A stretch of DNA of 64,000 bases, taken from positions 570,961 to 634,960 of the forward strand of contig NW_018480065.1 of the NCBI RefSeq assembly GCF_002113885.1, written 5' to 3'. Numbering within the stretch: the stretch's first letter is position 1; each line of letters starts with the position of its first letter. This DNA is from Mizuhopecten yessoensis. Taxonomy: Eukaryota. The notes beneath the pieces were generated by a model. It saw nothing but the letters and a program-made list of their open reading frames with translations, was not told the DNA's origin and ran no database searches. Below are positions 42,725-54,425 of the stretch, one piece after another. A program made the position numbers and the translations under genes.

Positions 42725-44225
42725 CCTAACGTTGGTCTACGGTTGATGGTCGAACCCATAATTATGTATTCAAAGTAATTTATTTATCATTCATATTGTG
42801 TAATAGACTTAACAGAGTTCCGGTAATTAAGCTGACCAATATCCCGCTGTTAATACCGACTAATTTCGACTTCTCATCTGCTCCATGTAATAGTCGGAAA
42901 TTACCTTACAACTGCATGTACATGTCGACTCGATTGTCACCGGTAAGTTAGAAAAGAATATTTCAAAAATAGCATTAGTTCAGCTTTCAAGAGCATTTTA
43001 TTCGACAAGAAAAAAAATGAGAATCTACTCCAATGATTGACAGTTTTGGGTTGCAGACAGATTATATACGTAGTGTGACGCCAGTTATACCGAATGTCTA
43101 AAAGGGTAGGATTATTGTACATGCATTTCACGAAAGAAAATGTCAATTTCAAGGGAAAAAAGAACATCCGAGTCCTGGACCCGAACTAACGTTCAAGCAC
43201 AATACAATCCCAAGTATCTTTACAAAAATTACATTCAGAATTATGTTCGTATTAAGAAACAAAGACTTCAATGACTCATTTAATGAATCTTAATTCTTTA
43301 CTGAGGATTGTATTCATGGCGTATATTATTGTAGAAAGCTCCACTGACCGTGTATACAATAAATGAAGTTTTATATTCTGGACAAGATGGACTTTCTTAA
43401 AATTAAGCTTCGGTACCATGCAGCTAGGGAAATTCACCATAACATATTGATATGACGTCGGTAGTTTCTCTGTGATTGGATGCCAACGACCTCCGAAGCA
43501 TAACAACTTAATCCGAGAATTATACCATTCTCAATACTCCAGGTGTTACGCTCTCTGCACTATGCATCTCATAGCAAAATCGAAGGCTCCACCTTGTGGA
43601 TGAGACGAGAAGACTAGGATCATTTCATGTACATCAAAAGAATCACGCGGTCTCATAACGGTGTCATTTACTGGCTTTGACATCGGGTGTCGCTCCTTCA
43701 TAATTTCCAAAGGACATTTATCAAGCCTGCGATTTATCAGGTGTATTGAGGATGAGGATTATACATAGTGCATTTCAAACATCAGAACTTGGTAGCTAAA
43801 AGCATGTAGCTCAGTTTAAACTGCATATCTATCACCAGGCCCTTTTGACTTGAATTTTTGTCTCGGTTCTTCTTTAGAAGCACGTGCTTATAATTTGAAG
43901 TATCGATGTTTAGGAGGAGGACGTTTTCAATATGAAATCTCAAATCCGTTGCATGTTACTACTTGAATCTTCTGCTTCTCATTCTTTAAATTTTTACCTT
44001 TCATTATTAGAAACTCCTTATCTTGAAAATTGTGTACTTTATCATCAAAAGGGTCATCCTTCAATCACCGGCTTGCAAGCTATTATTTTCATCCATGTAA
44101 AACATGTGTCTCTTAATACTTGAATTACTTTTCATAAATACAATCATAAACCATTCATTAATTGAGATCTGTATTTTTCATAACATGGCGCTCCTAGTTT
44201 TTAACATTTCTGATACCTCATAACC

Positions 44226-47200
44226 TGAAACCTCTTTTAATAGCCTCGTGAAACCTCTTTTTATAGTCTCCCGAAACCTCTTTTTATAGTCTCATGAAAC
44301 CTCTTTTTATAGTCTCCTGAAACCTCTTTTTATAGTCTCCTGAAACCTCTTTTTATAGTCTCATGAAACCTCTTTTTATAGCCTCGTGAAACCTCTTTCT
44401 TAAGCCTCGTTAACCCTCTATCTAAAGCCTCGTGAAACCTCATTGTATAGCCTCGTTAACCCTTTATTTATCGCCTCATGAAACCTCTTTCTATAACCCT
44501 TGAAACCTCTTTCTATAGCCCTTTGAAACTCTGTCTATAACTTCGTGAAACCGATTTCCTCAGCCCTTGAAACCTCTTTCTATAGCCCTTGGAAACTCTT
44601 TCTATAGCATTTTAACACCTCTTTCTAAAGCCTCGTGAATCTCTTTTATAGCCTCGTGAACCTTCTATCTATAGCCTCATAAAACCTCTTTTTATAGCCT
44701 CGTGAACCTTCTATCTATAGCCTCGTGACACCTCTTTCTATAGCCTCGTGACACCTCTTTCTATAGCCGTTGGAAACTCTTCCTATAGCCTCGTGAAACC
44801 TATTTCCTTAGCCCTTGAAATCTATTTCCTTAACCCGTGAAAACTCTTTCTATAGACTCTTGAAACCTTTTTCTATCGTCTTTTTCTGTGGCCTCGTGAC
44901 AACTCTTTTTATAGCTTCGTGAAACTTCTTTTTATAGCCTCGTTAACCCTCTATCTATAGCCTCATAAAACCTCTTTCTATTGCCTCGTGAAACCTCTTT
45001 CTATAGCCCTTGACACCTCTTTCTATAGCCCTTGGAAACTCTGTCTATAGCTTCGTGAAACCGATTTCCTTAGCCCTTGAAACCTCTTTCTATAGCCCTT
45101 GACACCTCTTTCTATAGCCCTTGGAAACTCTTTCTATAGACTCTTGAAACCTCTTTCTATAGCCTTTCTTCGAAACTTCTTTCTATGACCTCGTGAAACC
45201 TCTTTCTTTGGCCTCATGAAACCTTTTTCTATGGCCTCAAGACACCTCTTTCTATAGCCGCGTTAACCCTCTATCTATAGCCTCATGCAACCTCTTTTTA
45301 TAGCCTCGTCGTGAAAACTCGTTCTATAGCCTTGTGAAACCTCTTTCTATAGCCTCATGAAACCTCTTTTTATAGCCTCGTGAAACCTCTATATATAGCC
45401 TCGTGAAATATCATTTTATAACCTCGTTAACCGTCTATCTATAGCCTCATAATACCTCTTTCGATCGCCTCGTGAAACCTCTTTCTATAGCCCTTGAAAC
45501 CTCTTTCTATAGCCCTTGGACACGCTTTCTACAGCTTCGTGAAACCGATTTCCTTAGCCCTTGAAACCTCTTTCTATAGCCCTGGGAAACTCTTTCTATA
45601 GCATTTTAACATCTCTTTCTGAAGCATTTTGAAACCTCTTTCTATAGCCCATGGAAACTCTTTCTATGGACTCTTGAAAACTCTTTCTATCGTCTTGTGA
45701 ATATTCTTTCTATGACCACGTGAAACCTCTTTCTATGGCCTCATGAATCCTGTTCCTATAGACTCGGGAAACCTCTTTGTATAGCCTCGTGAAACCTCTT
45801 TCTATAGAATTTGACACCTTTTTCTATAGCCCTTGAACCTCTTTCTTTAGCCTCATGATACCTCTTTCTATAGCATATTGATACCTTTTTCTATAGCCCT
45901 TGAAAACTCTTTCTTTAGCATTTGACACCTCTTTCTTTAGCCCTTGAACCTTTTTCTATAGCCTTGTGAAACCTCTTTCTATAGCAATTTGACACCTCTT
46001 TCTAAAGCCCTTGGAAACTCTTTCTATAGCCTCGTGAAACTTCTTTTTATAGCCTCATAAAACCTATTTCCTTAGCACTTGAAACCTCTTTCTATAGTCT
46101 TGTGAAACTTATTTTTATGACCTCGTGAAACCTCTTTCTATGGCCTCATGAAACCTGTTTCTATAGCATTTGACCCCTCTTACTATAGCCCTTGGAAACT
46201 CTTTCTACAGCATTTTAACACCTCTTTCTAAAGGATTTCTAAACCTCTTTCTATAGACTCTTGAACCCCCTTTCTTTAGCCTTGTGAAACCTCTTCCAAT
46301 GACCTCATGAGACCTCTTTCTGTGGCCTCATGAAACCTGTTTCTCTAGCCTCGTTAAACCTCTTGGTATAATCGTGAAACCTCTTTCTATAGCATTTGAT
46401 ACCTCTTTCTTTAGCCGTTGAACCTCTTTTTATAGCCTTTTCAACCTCTTTCTATAGCATCTTGACACCTTTGCTATGGCTATGTGAAACTTCTTTCTAT
46501 ACCCGCGTGAAAACTCTTTTTATACTTTCTTGAAACCTTATTCTATAGCCTCGTTAACCCTCTATCTATAGCCTCATGAAGCATTTGACACCTCTTTCTT
46601 TAGCTCTTGAACATTTTTCTGTAGCCTTGTGAAACCTCTTTCTATAGCAATTTGACACTTTTTCTAAAGCCCTTCGAAACTCTTTCTAAAGCTTCGTGAA
46701 ACCTCTTTTTATAGCCTCGTAAAACCTATTTCCTTAGCACTTGAAACCTCTTTCTATAGTCTTGTGAAACTTCTTTCTATGATCTCATGAAACCTCTTTC
46801 TATGGCCTCATGAAACCTGTTTCTATAGCATCGTGAAACCTCTTTGTATAGCCTCGTTAACCCTCTATCTATAGCTTCATGAAACATCTTTCTATAGCCT
46901 CGTGAAACCTCTTTTTATAGCCTCATGAAACCTCTTTCTAAAGCCTCGTTAACCCTCTATCTATAGCCTGGTAAAACCTCTTTTTATAGCCTCGTTAACC
47001 CTCTATCTATAGCCTCATGAAACCTCTTTCTATCGTCTCGTGAAAAATCTTTATATAGCCCTTGGAAAGTCTGTCTATCGCCTCGTGAAACCTTTTTCCT
47101 TAGCCCTTGAAATCTCTTTCTATAGCCCTTGGAAACTCTTTCCATAGCATTTTAACACCTCTTTCTAAAGCATTTTGAAACCTCTTTCTATAGCCCTTGG

Positions 47201-47501
47201 AAACTCTTTATATAGACTCTTGAAACCTGTTTCTATCGTCTTGTGAAAATTCGTTCTATGACCACGTGAAACCTCTTTCTATGGCCTCCTCATGAAACCT
47301 GTTTCTATAGCCTCGTGACACCTCTTTTTATAGCAATTGACACCTCTTTCTTTAGCCCTTGAACCTTTTTCTATAGCCTTGTAAAACCTCTTTGTATAGC
47401 CTCGTGATACCTCTTCCTATAGCATATTGATACCTTTTTCTATAGCCTCGTGATACCTCTTTCTATAGCATCTTGAAATCTCATTCCATAGCCTCGTGAA
47501 A
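44226..47501 (+). repeat. Satellite array, 21-23-bp unit GAAACCTCTTTCTATAGCCTCGT, about 145 copies
   Basis: Directly visible; strongly pyrimidine-biased + strand. Confidence 0.99.
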
Positions 47502-49472
47502 GGTTTATTTTCTGTCTTTACAATAAATCATCGATATATTGCCCTTTGTTTCATTAGCCATCCCTCTTATCACCAAACCTTGTCAATCTGGGGGTTTTCT
47601 TTGTTTTCTGAAGCACTTTGTTTTAAGTTTCTCAATTTATCGCCCAGCGCCTTTATAACGTCAAAATATCTTGGACAAATGGTGGTAGTATATCGAGGTT
47701 AAACTGAACTTACCTCCCTGATATTTTTCTGTAAAGTTTTGAAGTGTTTGTCTTACTTGATCACTTATGTGAAGCCACTGCTTTTCATTTGGAGTATCTG
47801 CTCTTTGTAGCAAAACAAAAGCGTCGTACATGGTCGGCGTTAGACGGGTTGTACTGATGTGACCGAAGCAACACAGAACACTAAGTTCGTGTGCTTTTAA
47901 TTTTGTCTTTCTTGTCAGCAAAAACTTCAAAATTATTCATATTTGTAACAAAGTTCTTACTTATAATTTAAACATCAAATAATTATAATACAATGTCTAT
48001 TGCGTCATATCAGTCAGTAAGATTAAGCGTAATTACAACGATTACAAATAATATGTGCAATGAACAAACAGATTTTTTTTTATTTTTTTTTAAATATTCA
48101 CGTTCTTAAAAACAGTCTAATTAATTACCACGAATACATTTGTTTTGAACAATCTTGTTTACAGAGCAAGGAAAAGTCGCTTAATTATTTTTTTAATAAT
48201 AATTTGCGTCAAATTAAAAGAATTTCATTTGCAAACGAAAATATAGAAATTCATCGGCAAATGACAATATTGATCATTTCACAATGGCATAAAAACATTC
48301 AAGAATGATCTCGAAAGAGGCGCACAGTGACTCCTACCAGATAATTGGCTCATTAGGCGGGCAGGCTGTATAAAGCATTCAAAAACACAATTGTAATGCA
48401 AAAACCAAACGCAAATTAACGATTTCAGTGCCCGACGTGTTTCGCCATTTTTATTATCACAACATGGCAAATTATTACCACTGCCAAATAAATAAACTTT
48501 AGATAATGACAAAAGCAATGCTTGGATGCATGCCGAGTTGTGCTGAAAACCATGGAACCAACTCATAGATAGTCCGTACGTATACGCCTGCGTGCTGTTT
48601 ATTTTAAACAGATTCGGGAAATTATTTTCTCTCATCAAATATATTTTATTGTAGGTCATTTATACTGGTATTTTATGACAACTGAGAGTCTTCAGTAATT
48701 TTCGCTGGGAAATTAACTTTACAAGATTAACATCATCTGGAAATAATCCTCTATATTTATGAAAGACCAATATAAGGGAAAAAGCAAGCTGTTCATGATT
48801 TGTGGCAAGTTAGAGTTACATGAGCAATGGACAGTTTTACCAAATGTATCACCTGCCAGTCTATTATACAAAACGTGGCTGTTCCGGAAACTTGGATGTC
48901 TGGGTTCTTCATCAATGACCTTCAAGTCTGACTTGTCTTTAATGCTAAAACGCCAACCTTCATTATCAGCGAAAAAAAGCTCTGATTACCTGTTATGTGG
49001 ATGTACGATGTAATGATTCCCCCGTCTACTTGATTAAAATGTTAGGTTTCTTTTTCTGATCACCAGTATTTAAACGATCTGAGTGTACGAGTATGCACGC
49101 ACGAAATTAAGTCTTAGCCGCAGCAGGGAATCCAGAGACCTATTTGGGGCATGGCAGGGGAATGGGGTTCCAAATGGGGAAAATGCATGTAATTTTGTTT
49201 AACCTTTGTAAACCCGTCCTTACAGAATAATCTATATAGAACGTTTTATACTCGTCTGCAATGCAGAAGTGTTTACACGGAATTAGTGTTTGCGTGGCGT
49301 TTATATCTACTTTATTTAGGTAGTTGCATGGTTACTGTAATTTTAGATGTTTGCGTGGTGAAGGGTATTTACATATTGTAGACATTTGGAGGCGGCAAGT
49401 GTTTAAGTGTTGTTGATATTGTAGAAGTGTTGGCGTTTCGGTATTGTTAATCGTTTCGCTCCATTATACATA

Positions 49473-49518
49473 ATGTATGTATGTATGTATGTATGTATGT
49501 ATGTATATATGTATGTAT
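49473..49518 (+). repeat. (ATGT)n microsatellite
   Basis: Directly visible. Confidence 0.95.
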
Positions 49519-49967
49519 CAGTCTTTGCGTTGTAAAAAGTGTTTTTGTTACATGTATCATTCGCCTTGTAGTTTCCGTCTTTCGTATTGCAACTATGTTC
49601 ACGTTTTTTATGGTAATAAGGTCCTACATGTAGTTATTTGTTTGCATTGTGATAGAATTATTGATTTCGTAATGTATGCATAATGGTTAAGCTTTTAAGC
49701 AAAAAGGGCTGCATCGTAGACTATACGTAACGAATAAATCACCTTTTCCTCCTTTTAAGTATTTATTTTATATTCCAGCTAAGACAGAGTGTGGATTTCA
49801 ATTAATTATTTTGGATGATACATCATTTATCTCGACATGATAACCCAATTTACTGTAGCGACCATGAAACTTCAAACAAAGTTTTCGCCAAAGTTCAGCA
49901 GTAAGAACCTATCGCACTCCGCTTAACAAATCTTGTTTGTTTTGTTAGGGATTTGTCTCCTTGAATA

Positions 49968-50452
49968 GGCCAAAGAGTTGCAATATTAGTAGACTTCCGC
50001 GCTCGACAGCCAAAAGAGTTGCAATATTAGTGGACTTCCGCGCTCGACAGTTCAAAGAGTTGCAATATTAGTGGACTTCCGCGCTTGATAGGCCAAAGAG
50101 TTGCAATATTAGTGGACTTCCACGCTCGACGGCGCCAAGAATTGCAATATTAGTAGATTTTCATGCTCGAAGGCCCCCAATAGTTACAATATTAGAGGAC
50201 TTTTATGCTCGAAGGCCCCCAATAGTTGCAATATTAGTGGACTTCCGCGCTCGACAGCCCAAAGAGTTGCAATATGAGTGGACTTCCGCGCTCGACAGCC
50301 CAAAGAGTTGCAATATTAGTAGACTTCTACGCTGGACGGCACCAAGAATTGCAATATTAGTTGATTTTCATGCTCGAAGGCCCCAATAGTTACAATATTA
50401 GAGGACTTTTATGCTCGAATGCCCATAGAGTGGCAATATTAGTGGTCTTCGT
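49968..50452 (+). repeat. 41-bp minisatellite, 12 units (CCAAAGAGTTGCAATATTAGTGGACTTCCGCGCTCGACAGC)
   Basis: CAATATTAG-type core recurs at 49981, 50022, 50063, 50104, 50145, 50187, 50229, 50270, 50311, 50352, 50393 and 50434. Confidence 0.97.
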
Positions 50453-50865
50453 CATATCTATTTTACAGAACAAATTATTCTACACAACATACCTACCATG
50501 TAATAAAACTCACAAATTACTTTATCGGGAAATATCCTTACTTTTTCAACACAATGGAATGATGTATTACAGAGAAAAAAATATATTTTAAAAGAATTAT
50601 TCACCCCCTTGTAGGTAAGACAGGGGAATCTCAACACTCGTGTTTGGCAACATAAGAATCTTCCCCCTAGGGTTGAGATTCCCCTATCTCACCCCCAAGG
50701 GGATAATAGATTATATTAATCATTCCCGGCTGAAACGGGAGACACACTTGTGAAGGGTGGGAGAATACCGTGTGTTAAGACAATTGATACACTAACATAT
50801 ATTTTAATTATAGATAACGTGTACTTCAGCCATGATTCTTTTTCACCTACACTGGTCCCCCATTG

Positions 50866-51980
50866 TGTATGGGGATTGAATGGATTTTTGTTCATGTACA
50901 TTGCGGCAATGAGTAGCAGTAGCTGTATGATCTACATATCATATGGACAGCGTTAGCGCTCTTCAGAAGATATGTAGATCAGCTACTGCTATTCATTGCC
51001 GCAATGTACATGAACAAAAATCCATTCAATTCATATATTTACGTAACGGTGAACGGTGAACTACAATAAAAAAAAGTTACATTTTTTTTGTAAATATATT
51101 ATTTTTGATATTAGTATCGGACAGAAAACCATAAAAATGGAACAGCCAGAACTCCAGCCTACACAGAAACTTCATATATTCCTTTCATTTTTAAAAGTTG
51201 ATCTGGTTATTTTTGCATTAAACACCGCATATTATATATTTCACAAAGTTTACCGCACTATTTCAACTCATCGGTCACCATAGTAATCGTCCAGGACACC
51301 CGTCGGCATTAGGCATAGAGCTCAGTTGAATGTAAATGCACAGCCGTTGAATACGCTGTTTGTCAAACAAACTGCAGATGTAAATGATGATAAATTAATG
51401 GATGAAGTGCCCTGTGTGTGCAAGTTGATGTCACAGGGATTACCCAGCCGGACGTGTGGTGTTAGAAAGTTCGTGACCACGAGGAACCGATTGCGAGTCG
51501 GAAGTCAGGATTTAATATGAGAATGTTATAAATAAAAAAAATAAAAATTCAAATAACAAAAATAAAAATAATAGTACAATGGTACGCCATTCATGATTTT
51601 CCAATGTTTTCTATTATTTCTCGAAACTACGTTATCACGGAGAAGGGGATATAAGTCTTCTCAGAAACGGTACTATACGTAATTTGATTTGTCATTGTGT
51701 GTGAAATCAGCTGACCGGTTGTATTCATAGTGTATTCATAGTCTAATGGCAGTTGTTTTCAATTGGTAGATTCATGTACAGAACAAACATCAAGAATGTA
51801 CATATAACTTATTTAAGGAATGATTTTTATTTTTTCAACATTTATGAGGTCATAACAACAATGGGTTTATGGACATATTGAATGAATCGCGTTAGCGATT
51901 CATGTAAAATATGTCCAAAAACCCATTGTTGTTATGACCTCATAAATGTTGAAAAAATAAATATCATTCCTTATATTTAC
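50866..51980 (-). mobile_element. Younger Crypton-like hairpin-ended element nested in the 50596 element
   Basis: Near-perfect hairpins at 50875-51030 and 51814-51973, both with a C-GTTA-G loop and both followed by TATATTTAC. Encloses a YR C-terminal remnant. Confidence 0.8.
51322..51510 (-). pseudogene. C-terminal tail of Crypton/DUF3504-type recombinase
   Basis: ...NPCDINLHTQGTSSINLSSFTSAVCLTNSVFNGCAFTFN* (stop 51322-51324). An S/T/N-rich tail ending FNxCxFxFN is the recalled C-terminal signature of this family. Confidence 0.65.
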
Positions 51981-52842
51981 ATTGACGAATCCTTTCAGTG
52001 GATCGATATAACAACGAATAAAACAAATAAACAGGGTTTGTTCCTGCTTATACACGGGTGCAACGCAGTGGCGAGAACAGTGTTTTTTCGCGGGGAAATG
52101 TGACACTATCGTGAGAGATCTTAGCAACCGTCAACAACAATAACACAACAAAATGTAGTTCCATATTCAATGTTTATTTGTAGCACAGGACACGTGAATA
52201 CGTGGATATTTCACCAAGCAGAGTTCAATAATATTTTAAGATGTAAGAATTAAGCATCTAGGTCGGTCGTTCCGAGTGAGTTGTTTTTGTAGTGTATTAT
52301 TACGCAGTGTGATCAGGTTACTATCAGTACCCACGTGCTGAGATTCTATGAACACCTGTGTTATGCATTTATGAATGTAATTTTTGTCAATGGGTCTAAG
52401 CATACAGAATGTAAATATAAGGCAATGATAACGTCACATGCTAAATTCTGGGTTGACGTGACGTTGATGGTTGCTGACGTGACGTCATTGTATTGTTGTA
52501 GTGACGTCATACCATTGACATGAATAGAGGAATCCCCCGTCTCAACTCTAGGGTTACAGTAGACGACAAAGAAATCTCACACTGATAAAAGTGCGGATGC
52601 ACCTGTCCAGGGTAAGAGAAAACTTTGTCATTACGCGGATTAATTAACATCATTTCTAGTCAATAATATATATATATATATATATAATGTAACGCCTTTC
52701 ATCCTCCGTGCATTGATATGTCGGGGTTGGTCTCATGCTCTGGTCGGTCGAGGATTGTAGTCTATTTCTTTCTAATTCTACCATAGGTTTTTTTCATATC
52801 CAATGATTCAATAATCACCATATTTTGAACAAAACAAAACCC

Positions 52843-53065
52843 TACCGTATACTACAAGTAGTACCGGCAAATGTTTGCTGCAGTTTAAATTTCGCCTTTT
52901 CGCCCTCTACAATGAGGGCGAATACATCCTGAATGCGAATATTAGTGCACATTATACAACAGATAGTACATTTAGAAGTACTTGTGAAGGGCGAAATTAA
53001 ATTTAGGCAAATATGGATTTTATCAGCGAATATTTGACGAAATGGATATTTTCCAGTAGACAGTA
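52843..53065. mobile_element. TA-flanked MITE, same family as 31694
   Basis: TACCGTA...GACAGTA termini; TTTCGCCCTCTACAATGAGGGCGAA and GAAGGGCGAAATT are shared motifs. Confidence 0.7.
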
Positions 53066-54372
53066 TTACTACAGTATATAGTTGTAGTAGCATGCTTAGT
53101 TTGTGATGATATTTCCAATGTGGTAACAGTGCTCGAAGCGTGCTGGTATAAAAACGTTCCAGTTGCGCATGTGAGTTGTGGTAATGTTCATCTTTCATGT
53201 GCGAATGTGTTATTTACCATATGTTTTCTTGTGAGTTGTGTGAATGCATATGTGCATATTTGTGAAAGCATTACATATTCTAAAGGTTTACGGTTTTATA
53301 CGAATTTAAGACATTGTGTACTCCAAAGACACCGAATTCAGCCTTTCTATGAATTCATATTCGGTGATGCACGTTGCTTTTACCATATTCAATATGGTAA
53401 TGAAACGTCAAATATATATATAGTTGTACGTCCAAAAGTTCTCCCGCTGTTCAATAGAAATAAACGAATCACTTTCCTTACGCGTATTGATCTAGGTACT
53501 TTCTATTGGGATATATAGGCAATGGGTCCAATTATGGACGTCTAAAGCCCACTCAGGCAATCTGTTCATATAATTGATTCCAAAATGAAGTCTGGTGAAG
53601 GGAATCTCGTTATAAAGGCGGCACTCCATAATTTGGGGATAATGCGGAGTCCGCCGGGTCCTGATCTGGTGCCCTTCGTGCAAGTATTTCACCCTTCCCA
53701 TTAAGGAAGATCGCACAGTTGTGTCAATATTAACCTTTTTAAGGAAGCCTGCGTCTTTCTACAAAACTCATTTATTGAATGAGACGCTTTTCTTTGAATA
53801 CAATCAGTTTAACCAAATAAAATAAAATGACAGCATATCATCTTGGTAGCATATGTACAGTATGGTATGTACCTTACTGTTTGTACACAGCAATCGCTAA
53901 TTATGGCCAATAGACTCATCAAACTTTATCTATCTCGAACTTACGTAAGGAAGTATAGCTGTACCATACTTAATGTTTCTCGAGTTAGAACGCCCTTAAA
54001 ACTGTACCATACTTATCTCGACATTTCATGAGCATGCACAACTGTAACTTACTATATGTGAATCTCAACATTTGGTAGATTCTGTATCTTTTATGCACTT
54101 TCCGTCCTGTCACATAAACAACCAAAAGAATATAGGAGTGAAAAAGGTCACCGTATGGTGACTTTTAATATATTTTCAAACAAATAATACCCAAGCATGA
54201 CGATGTCAAACACCTGACAAGTACAGCATGGCCTTATCATATATAAAGTAAAACAAATACATTAATTGGTGGCCATAAGCCTGAGTGGGGGTTGGCAAAC
54301 TCCGCCACTAAACCGNTAGGTCTGTACTTAGAATTGTTAACACAATAGTTTTGTACTATGTGACCTTTTGGT

Positions 54373-54425
54373 TTACAAATTTTCCCAATGGCGCGCTCTT
54401 TACAAATTTTCTCAATGGCGCGCTC
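54373..54425 (+). repeat. 27-bp tandem duplication (TTACAAATTTTC.CAATGGCGCGCTC x2)
   Basis: Directly visible. Confidence 0.9.

Larger units (their letters stand above)
50596..52687. mobile_element. Older hairpin-ended element (outer member of nest)
   Basis: Hairpin at 50596-50707 (CCCCTTG..GGT.AGA.AGGGGAATCTCAAC / GTTGAGATTCCCCT.TCT.ACC..CAAGGGG). Related arm motifs recur at 52530-52600, ending in (TA)n. Confidence 0.55.

Noticed and set aside
49968-50452. CRISPR-like repeat/spacer appearance
   Set aside because: The variable parts are homologous to each other, there are no unique spacers or cas genes, and the context is eukaryotic.
50875-51030. pre-miRNA hairpins (also 51814-51973, 10736-10900)
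   Set aside because: Stems are too long, occur in pairs around recombinase remnants and have DNA-type stable loops; better explained as element ends.
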